From positions 1 to 31,215 of the IMG/VR virus record IMGVR_UViG_3300009703_000006: 31,215 nucleotides of DNA. One strand, written 5' to 3'. The DNA comes from a virus. A model generated the notes under the pieces. The model searched no databases and was not told where the DNA came from. It saw only the letters and a list, made by a program, of their open reading frames with translations. Position 1 is the stretch's first letter. Each line of letters begins with the position of its first letter. Made by a program: the position numbers and the translations under genes. Positions 24,649 through 30,444 of the stretch are shown here, one piece after another.

Positions 24649-24918
24649 TCAGAAAGGTAAGTCATCACCTTCTTCTTCTTTTGGTTGTTCTTGCTTTGCT
24701 GGTGCTGTTTGTTCTTCAGGTTGCCACTTATCAACGCTTAAAGAGACATCCTTGCCGTAGTCATCAGCCTCATCTTTAATATTAATGTTAAGCCTAACAA
24801 ATTTATGTCCTTTAAACTCTTCTATATGGTCTTGTATCTTATCAATGTTGATAGTTGCTTTTAACCAGGTTTCACTTTGTTTCTTGCCTGATCCACAGTA
24901 AATTGTTTTTTCACTCAT
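24649..24918 (-). CDS. Small SSB-like protein with an acidic C-terminal tip, 89 aa
   Basis: The C-terminus ...EEQTAPAKQEQPKEEEGDDLPF mimics the bacterial SSB tail (D-D-D-I-P-F type) after a flexible linker. Lies within the recombination/replication block. Confidence 0.5.
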   Translation of the reverse strand: MSEKTIYCGSGKKQSETWLKATINIDKIQDHIEEFKGHKFVRLNINIKDEADDYGKDVSLSVDKWQPEEQTAPAKQEQPKEEEGDDLPF

Positions 24919-24937
24919 TTTTATTTATTTTTTTGGT

Positions 24938-25264
24938 TTATAATATTATTATTGATGTATTATCTTTTTGTTTTTCTTTGTCGCAAATATTATCAATTAT
25001 TTGTATAATATCATCACAATTATTTTTTGAATCCATATAGTTTTGCATATCACTTTTAGTAATTAAAATATCAAAAACACAATAATATTTTGATGTCATA
25101 CAAAGCCTATATCTATTTAATTGATTTTTATTTTGATTTTTAGATATTATAAAAGGCTTTTTATTATTAACATCTTTTATTATCTTTTTATGTTTATCAC
25201 ATATATTAAATATTTCATTTTCATTTAATATATCTATAAGTAAATTTTCTTTTTCTTTATTCAT
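24938..25264 (-). CDS. Hypothetical Cys-containing protein, 108 aa, in a markedly AT-richer segment
   Basis: ORF track. Asn/Lys/Ile-rich with 5 Cys. The local GC is visibly below the genome average. Confidence 0.45.
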   Translation of the reverse strand: MNKEKENLLIDILNENEIFNICDKHKKIIKDVNNKKPFIISKNQNKNQLNRYRLCMTSKYYCVFDILITKSDMQNYMDSKNNCDDIIQIIDNICDKEKQKDNTSIIIL

Positions 25265-25274
25265 ACCTTAATTA

Positions 25275-25985
25275 TTAAACACTTATAAATTCATTTTCAC
25301 CTATTGTAACTATACCACTTGAATAGCTTTGTGGTTCACCATTCCAATCTTTATATGCTTCATTTAAATAGTAATATTTTCTATTTGCATTATTTAAAAT
25401 CTGTTCACCAAATTTATACACTTGTACGTTATAAGGTGCTGTTTTTTCTATTGCAATAATATAATAATCTTTTTTAGGTAAGCCTGTTAAATACATTGTA
25501 GCCTGTAAACTATAATTATTATACCTTAAATCTCTTGCAAACTTTTCACCAGCATCAGCTACAATCTTAATATCTGCTATAAAATCTTCACCAACCATAT
25601 CAGCATATCCGTGATAATTTACATCGTTGTATTTCCATTCAATATGCTTTTCAGTTTCACCTGTTTGCATTAATAACTTTCTTAGCATATCACTTTTCAT
25701 TGCTTTGTCATATACATTCCTTGCAATGTTATATTCTTTTTGTGTCACAATTATTTTATCTACATTAATTGCTTTGTATTCATCCCAAATCTTACCACGC
25801 CTTGTGCCTTCAAATACAACATATTCATTGTGAAAATCATCTGCTTCAAGTATCATTTTGTGTAGTAGTGATCCAAATAACATAGCTGGTGTAGGTTCAA
25901 AGTCTTGCTTCCAATAGCTTAATAAATGGTTTGGACTTTTGTCGAATTGGCTTAATGCCGAATAGCTTAATCTATCTTTTTTCAT
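25275..25985 (-). CDS. PD-(D/E)xK exonuclease (RecB/Cas4-like recombination exonuclease), 236 aa
   Basis: The N-terminal LSYSALSQFDKSP, ...HGYADMVGEDFIADIKIV... (D ... D-x-K) and downstream QATMY fit the PDDEXK_1 layout. Confidence 0.65.
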   Translation of the reverse strand: MKKDRLSYSALSQFDKSPNHLLSYWKQDFEPTPAMLFGSLLHKMILEADDFHNEYVVFEGTRRGKIWDEYKAINVDKIIVTQKEYNIARNVYDKAMKSDMLRKLLMQTGETEKHIEWKYNDVNYHGYADMVGEDFIADIKIVADAGEKFARDLRYNNYSLQATMYLTGLPKKDYYIIAIEKTAPYNVQVYKFGEQILNNANRKYYYLNEAYKDWNGEPQSYSSGIVTIGENEFISV

Positions 25986-26166
25986 TTGTTCTTATTTTAA
26001 ATAATTGTTTTAAATCTTCTATGTCTAACTTGCTATAAACCTTGTTTAAATTGGTTCTATAATTTATTGGTTCTTTAGCAAATACTCTTGTTTTCACATA
26101 ACCAATACATCTAAAGGCTGAAGCATCTAACAATGATAATTTATTTATTAATTGTTCTTTATCCAT
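25972..26166 (-). CDS. Hypothetical protein, 64 aa
   Basis: ORF track. Overlaps the exonuclease start by 14 nt. Confidence 0.45.
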   Translation of the reverse strand: MDKEQLINKLSLLDASAFRCIGYVKTRVFAKEPINYRTNLNKVYSKLDIEDLKQLFKIRTNEKR

Positions 26167-26233
26167 TTTCGTTTTTTATTGATAAGTATATTGCTAATAG
26201 ACCTATCATAGTTAATATATAAATTGTAATCAT
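26159..26233 (-). CDS. Tiny hydrophobic ORF, 24 aa (MITIYILTMIGLLAIYLSIKNENG)
   Basis: Manual translation. ATGA overlap with the upstream stop, and its own stop overlaps the next ATG. Confidence 0.25.
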   Translation of the reverse strand: MITIYILTMIGLLAIYLSIKNENG

Positions 26234-26604
26234 TGTCTTTTAAATGCATCTGCTTCAATATCTGAATATATACCATATTCATAAGCATTGATTAATTTTA
26301 AAGTAAGCCTGTCTTTTAATCTCTTTTCTGCCATAGCAAAAGGATAAGGTGCTTTGCAGTTGTTTGGTGATGCTTCACCAATAGACCATTCAGTTCTATC
26401 TTTTAAATTGGCAAAGCCAAGTATTGCAACATCACTTTTTTCATTCCTGATAAACTCAGGCTTTAAAAATTCAATACCTTCTTTATATGCAATCTTTTCA
26501 ACTGCATCGTGTGTAACTATCCACTTTGAAAGTGAACCTCTTTTAAGCTCCCAAAAATCTTCTTTTGATAGCTCATACTTTTTAGCTAATTGTTTAATGT
26601 TCAT
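26230..26604 (-). CDS. Hypothetical protein, 124 aa. The C-terminal motif is faintly like single-strand-annealing proteins
   Basis: GEASPNNCKAPYPFAMAEKRLKDRLTLKLINAYEYGIYSDIEAD resembles the conserved A-x-x-KR...G...E/D end of Rad52/ERF-type cores. The protein is short for that role. Confidence 0.3.
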   Translation of the reverse strand: MNIKQLAKKYELSKEDFWELKRGSLSKWIVTHDAVEKIAYKEGIEFLKPEFIRNEKSDVAILGFANLKDRTEWSIGEASPNNCKAPYPFAMAEKRLKDRLTLKLINAYEYGIYSDIEADAFKRQ

Positions 26605-26923
26605 TGTTAATTGTTTTAATTAAATTAATTGTTAATTGTTTGATTGTTCTTGCTCTTTTGATTTGATCATTAGCATTAACTAATTTTAACTTTCTTATAA
26701 TATCATTAACTTCATTAATATACTTATGAAATTCTTTATTATAAGTTGCCTTGTTAACTGCTTCAATTCTCTTTAATGCTTTATAGTTTTTTTTAGTCCA
26801 ATTAATTTTGACTAATTCAAATCTTAGATTGTTATATAGCTTATTAATGTAATCGTATTGCATCCAGCTATCAACTATTTCTTTTTGCCTTTGGTAGTAA
26901 TTATAGGCTTCTTGATCTATCAT
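26594..26923 (-). CDS. Hypothetical protein, 109 aa
   Basis: ORF track. Confidence 0.45.
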   Translation of the reverse strand: MIDQEAYNYYQRQKEIVDSWMQYDYINKLYNNLRFELVKINWTKKNYKALKRIEAVNKATYNKEFHKYINEVNDIIRKLKLVNANDQIKRARTIKQLTINLIKTINNEH

Positions 26924-27120
26924 AGTGATTGCTTTATTGTTTTTAATACTTTTAAAAGTCTTTCTAATTCATCTCTTAATAAGTGGTGATGCACACCATC
27001 CAATTCAAACTCTATTACTGTTTTGCTGTCAGGTGAATTTTTATAGACTTTAACATCTGTATTAAAATCTGTGTCATTTAATGTGAATGTCACTTTACTT
27101 TGCTTAATTGTTGCTTCCAT
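26920..27120 (-). CDS. Hypothetical protein, 66 aa
   Basis: ORF track. ATGA overlap with the downstream gene. Confidence 0.45.
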   Translation of the reverse strand: MEATIKQSKVTFTLNDTDFNTDVKVYKNSPDSKTVIEFELDGVHHHLLRDELERLLKVLKTIKQSL

Positions 27121-27122
27121 TT

Positions 27123-27302
27123 TTATTTATTTTTGTTTACATATTCAGTTATTAATTGAACAAGTGTTTTTGAATAGCTGTATGGTCTTATACTCTTGCC
27201 ATCAAGCCTTGCTTGTTCTTGTCTTTTAATGTGTATATCAACAAATTCATTGATAACATCATTGTCTTTTTCTTCAATATAAAAGGTTCTTGTCCTTGCC
27301 AT
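27123..27302 (-). CDS. Small ribbon-helix-helix-like regulator, 59 aa (MARTRTFYIEEKDNDVINEFVDIHIKRQEQARLDGKSIRPYSYSKTLVQLITEYVNKNK)
   Basis: Manual translation. It is the first gene after the 102-bp intergenic region. The basic beta-strand-like N-terminus followed by helices fits an Arc/CopG-like layout. Below the ORF-track cutoff. Confidence 0.4.
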   Translation of the reverse strand: MARTRTFYIEEKDNDVINEFVDIHIKRQEQARLDGKSIRPYSYSKTLVQLITEYVNKNK

Positions 27303-27337
27303 TGTTTAAATATTAATTAATAAATCTTTTGTGTAAA

Positions 27338-27353
27338 TGTAATTATAATTACA
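27338..27353. promoter_or_regulatory. Perfect 16-bp palindrome TGTAATTATAATTACA. Candidate operator within the early promoter region
   Basis: Seen directly in the sequence, 36 nt upstream of the RHH-like gene start. TTTG and TACATTTA elements nearby loosely resemble the Bacteroidota -33/-7 boxes. Confidence 0.35.
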
Positions 27354-27373
27354 ATGCAAACAACAAAAAGTGT

Positions 27374-27403
27374 AAAAAAAATAATTAACAATCAAATGTT
27401 AAT
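27374..27403 (-). terminator. Weak AT-rich hairpin plus U-run downstream of the phosphoesterase gene. Possible end of the late transcript
   Basis: Arms ATTAACA (27384-27390) and TGTTAAT (27397-27403), then UAUUUUUUUU on the minus-strand RNA. The stem has only one G-C pair. Confidence 0.3.
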
Positions 27404-27404
27404 A

Positions 27405-28481
27405 CTAAAATAAATGTGTAATTCTTGCTATTTGTCCAGCAGTTTTTGAGAATAAAAAGCACTCAATGGCTTTATTGTTTGAGGATTGATAACCCGAAGT
27501 GTGATGCCACGCATCTGCTTCCGATGGTGATCTAAGTGACTCCAAAGAAAGTCCAGGATAGTCTTTTGCTACCTTGTGGTGTATATGCTGAGTAAACATA
27601 TATCTATACTTTGTATTAGACCATTCACCACATTCATCAGCCATAAGCATTGGCAGTATATCCATTTTAATTTTATGTCCGTGACAGGATGCAATTAAGT
27701 TCTTATAATACTTATAATACTTTCGCATTTGTAAGCTAACATCAAATGAAATGTTTTTATTGTTTCTAAAGTGTACCTGTAATAATTGTGCTACCATCCA
27801 CCCTGTCAAATGATCGTGATTGCCTGGTGTGTACATAACGTGCATATCTGCTAACTGTACAAGCCTTTTAATAACATCTATCATTAACCTTTTAGCTATT
27901 AGAAAATGATCACTTAATAAACCATCTGTATCTTGCTTAGTGCCTTTGGTTGTTGTTCCTTCAAAGTTATCTATGTGCAATAAGTCACCACTTAATAATA
28001 ATACTATCCTGTCAACATTAAAACCACTTGCTTTCTGTATGCAACCATTAACACCTTCTAAGCATCTTATTACAGCCTCTTGGCAGTTGTATTCTTCACC
28101 ACTAACAAAGCTTTTGCAGAGCTTACCAATATGCAAATCACTTGGACAAATAAACATTAAATTACTATCACTATATTTCTGCCTTTCAATGGTTGGATAT
28201 TCAGGTGCATACTGCTTGGCTTCTTCAATTAAGTCTTTGGCTAACTTTTGGAATTGGTCTTGTACATTATTAACCTTAAAATATAATGAAGCATTTTTAT
28301 TTTTTATCCAACCACTATGAACACCTTGTGGATCAAGACCTTCCTTTTCAGCTTCTTCTTTAATCCTTCTGTAATTAAAGACCATTTCAGCTTCATCTTT
28401 TGTAAGCCTGTATCTTGGATTGCCTTCTTTAGAAGTATATCTTTTACTGTGGTCTATATTTTCATTGTGCCTTGTACTCAT
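27405..28481 (-). CDS. Calcineurin-like metallophosphoesterase, 358 aa
   Basis: Ordered motifs CPSDLHIG, SGDLLH, TPGNHDH, CHGH and HIHH. ATGA overlap with the upstream spanin-like gene. Confidence 0.8.
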   Translation of the reverse strand: MSTRHNENIDHSKRYTSKEGNPRYRLTKDEAEMVFNYRRIKEEAEKEGLDPQGVHSGWIKNKNASLYFKVNNVQDQFQKLAKDLIEEAKQYAPEYPTIERQKYSDSNLMFICPSDLHIGKLCKSFVSGEEYNCQEAVIRCLEGVNGCIQKASGFNVDRIVLLLSGDLLHIDNFEGTTTKGTKQDTDGLLSDHFLIAKRLMIDVIKRLVQLADMHVMYTPGNHDHLTGWMVAQLLQVHFRNNKNISFDVSLQMRKYYKYYKNLIASCHGHKIKMDILPMLMADECGEWSNTKYRYMFTQHIHHKVAKDYPGLSLESLRSPSEADAWHHTSGYQSSNNKAIECFLFSKTAGQIARITHLF

Positions 28482-28915
28482 ATTAGTTTACCTAACTTCT
28501 TTAAAACAATTAAAGCAAGTATAAGCAAAGCAAATATTATAATAAGGTGTTTATATTGTTGCCACCAAGTTAGTTCTTTATAGACAACCTTTTCGACCTT
28601 ATACGGAATAATTTTTTCCTTAATAATCGTATCCCCAAAGCATTCAATTTGATGTATGAGGGTTTCTTTAACTGTGTCGTAGAAGTATTTAAGATATACT
28701 TTTTCATTATTTATTACTATTGTGCTATCGTGCTTTATTATATTGCTTAATACTGTTGTATCATAATTGTCTATTATAACAGTATCAATTACAAATATTG
28801 TATCTATGCTTGTTTCTGTTAGATAAGGATATTTATTAATAAGCCTATTCAACCTTTTTTGTGGTGAACAGGCTATTAATAACAATACTAATATGCTACT
28901 CTTTAGGAAGTGCAA
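28478..28915 (-). CDS. Unimolecular-spanin-like protein, 145 aa: N-terminal lipoprotein signal plus C-terminal transmembrane helix
   Basis: Signal and lipobox MHFLKSSILVLLLIAC, a beta-rich middle, and a C-terminal TM segment HLIIIFALLILALIVL. Lies in the lysis cassette. The architecture parallels T1 gp11. Confidence 0.55.
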   Translation of the reverse strand: MHFLKSSILVLLLIACSPQKRLNRLINKYPYLTETSIDTIFVIDTVIIDNYDTTVLSNIIKHDSTIVINNEKVYLKYFYDTVKETLIHQIECFGDTIIKEKIIPYKVEKVVYKELTWWQQYKHLIIIFALLILALIVLKKLGKLI

Positions 28916-29075
28916 TTAAGCTATCTTTAGAACGTAAAAACATCAAGCCAACAGTTAGCCAACCTGACATATCTGAAGCAGTTTGTTTTTCTGTGTATAT
29001 TATTAATCCACAAAATACAAGAATAACAACACCTAAAAGTGTAGTTACCCAGTTTTCAAATAATCTATTTTTCAT
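28896..29075 (-). CDS. Holin candidate, 59 aa, two hydrophobic segments (MKNRLFENWVTTLLGVVILVFCGLIIYTEKQTASDMSGWLTVGLMFLRSKDSLIALPKE)
   Basis: Manual translation. Its 3' end overlaps the spanin-like start by 20 nt. Below the ORF-track cutoff. Preferred over the GTG-started plus ORF 28861..29142. Confidence 0.45.
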   Translation of the reverse strand: MKNRLFENWVTTLLGVVILVFCGLIIYTEKQTASDMSGWLTVGLMFLRSKDSLIALPKE

Positions 29076-29085
29076 TTTTATTTAT

Positions 29086-29244
29086 TTAAGCACCACAGCC
29101 AACACAATCAAAGTGACTATCGGTAGGTTTTACATTGTTTAATTTCATTTCTAATTGGTGTATCTTATCTTTTATTTCTAAGTCATTTGTAAATTCACCA
29201 TTTAGCTTAGTTTTAAGTTCTTCTATTTGTTGTTTAATATCCAT
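29086..29244 (-). CDS. Small ORF, 52 aa (MDIKQQIEELKTKLNGEFTNDLEIKDKIHQLEMKLNNVKPTDSHFDCVGCGA)
   Basis: Manual translation. Its start overlaps the amidase stop by 11 nt. Coiled-coil-like with a C-terminal CxxC. Confidence 0.4.
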   Translation of the reverse strand: MDIKQQIEELKTKLNGEFTNDLEIKDKIHQLEMKLNNVKPTDSHFDCVGCGA

Positions 29245-29857
29245 TTTCTTCAATTTGTTTAATGCTTTTAAAGTGACAATCTACTATTTTATTTTGAAAT
29301 TCTTCATTCATTAATAATTTACATTCTCTGTAATTAGTCATAAAGAAATTTTCTATTAATATTGCTGGACAAATAGTCTTTCTTAATACATAGAATTGTG
29401 CTTCTTTGTCTTTGTCACCATCCCTTGTATCTTTTCTTAGTTTATGATCAGGAAAATATTCCATCATATTGTCAATAAATACTTCAGCTATTCTATCACT
29501 TTTAGTTTCTCCTTTGCTTGTATATACACTATATCCATTAGCACTTTCTTTACTAAAGCCATTGCTATGAATACTTACATAAATACACTTGCCTAAAGTC
29601 TTGTGATATTGATTGGCAATTTTAACCCTTTCACTTAGGCTAACATCATAATTACTTTCAACAACATCAAAATTATATATATATTGTTCGTCACATTTCT
29701 TTTTTAGCTTTTCAACTATTTGCCTATTACCAACACCCTCAAAGTATTGTGTGCCATCATCCCAAACAGGTGAACGTTTGCCCGATGTCATATACTGACC
29801 ATCAACTATTCCCCCGTGACCTGGATCAAACAGCCAAATGTATTTCCTTTTAATCAT
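29234..29857 (-). CDS. N-acetylmuramoyl-L-alanine amidase (Amidase_3) endolysin, 207 aa
   Basis: Motifs DPGHGG, SIHSNG and LIENFFMTN are in the order typical of the zinc amidase family. Confidence 0.85.
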   Translation of the reverse strand: MIKRKYIWLFDPGHGGIVDGQYMTSGKRSPVWDDGTQYFEGVGNRQIVEKLKKKCDEQYIYNFDVVESNYDVSLSERVKIANQYHKTLGKCIYVSIHSNGFSKESANGYSVYTSKGETKSDRIAEVFIDNMMEYFPDHKLRKDTRDGDKDKEAQFYVLRKTICPAILIENFFMTNYRECKLLMNEEFQNKIVDCHFKSIKQIEENGY

Positions 29858-29859
29858 AA

Positions 29860-30048
29860 TTATCTAATAAATAAACCTTCAATAAATGTAGCAATACCAA
29901 CAAAGAAAGTACCAAGAGCTGCCCAAAACTTATTTTCAAGTTTTCGTATTCTCTTTTCGTGGTCGTTTTTCTGTTTACTTAAATGCTCCACTTTGGTCTT
30001 AATTTCTATTTGACCTTCAATTAATCTATCTAATTTATCTTCACTCAT
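29860..30048 (-). CDS. Single-pass membrane protein, 62 aa (holin/antiholin candidate)
   Basis: Charged helical N-terminal part and a C-terminal TM segment FWAALGTFFVGIATFIEGLFI. Lies directly upstream of the amidase gene. Confidence 0.45.
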   Translation of the reverse strand: MSEDKLDRLIEGQIEIKTKVEHLSKQKNDHEKRIRKLENKFWAALGTFFVGIATFIEGLFIR

Positions 30049-30179
30049 TTTCCTTGACCTTTATATTTTTTAATATAGTTTTTACTTGCTTTGTGTTTAC
30101 TTGTTCTTTTCTTTGAGTGTATGCCTTTACGTTTCTTTTTAGGTTTGTAAATCTTTGCTATGCTGTTTAGCCTTTTCAT
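30045..30179 (-). CDS. Extremely basic small ORF, 44 aa (MKRLNSIAKIYKPKKKRKGIHSKKRTSKHKASKNYIKKYKGQGK)
   Basis: Manual translation. TAATG overlap upstream and ATGA overlap downstream. Has 19 Lys/Arg and no acidic residue. Confidence 0.4.
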   Translation of the reverse strand: MKRLNSIAKIYKPKKKRKGIHSKKRTSKHKASKNYIKKYKGQGK

Positions 30180-30433
30180 TACGCAGGTATCTCTTCACTC
30201 CATTCAGGCGTAGCCATTAACTCAAGTATTGCGTGATGGTCATAAGTTCCAACAGGCACTACACTACCATCCGTTATAAATGTTGGCGTATAACCATCTT
30301 CCCATTTAATAACAAATTGAGTATCGTCTAAAGACTTTCTAATTGTAGATGCTGAACTTTCTCCTACTTGACTAAAATCTATTAATCCAACATCTGTTAA
30401 ATTAATTACTGCGTATGTTCTATTATTGTGCAT
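30179..30433 (-). CDS. Hypothetical protein, 84 aa
   Basis: ORF track. Follows the LamG gene after an 11-nt spacer. Confidence 0.5.
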   Translation of the reverse strand: MHNNRTYAVINLTDVGLIDFSQVGESSASTIRKSLDDTQFVIKWEDGYTPTFITDGSVVPVGTYDHHAILELMATPEWSEEIPA

Positions 30434-30444
30434 TTTATATTTTT

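Noticed and set aside
27405-28481. The metallophosphoesterase as an SbcD/Mre11 nuclease
   Set aside because: There is no SbcC/Rad50-like ATPase partner anywhere in the genome. The gene sits in the lysis/late block rather than the recombination block.
28861-29142. Plus-strand ORF of 93 aa in the apparent gap of the lysis cassette
   Set aside because: It begins at a GTG and lies on the opposite strand to everything else. The minus strand here has two ATG-started, overlap-coupled ORFs (59 and 52 aa) that fit the lysis context better.
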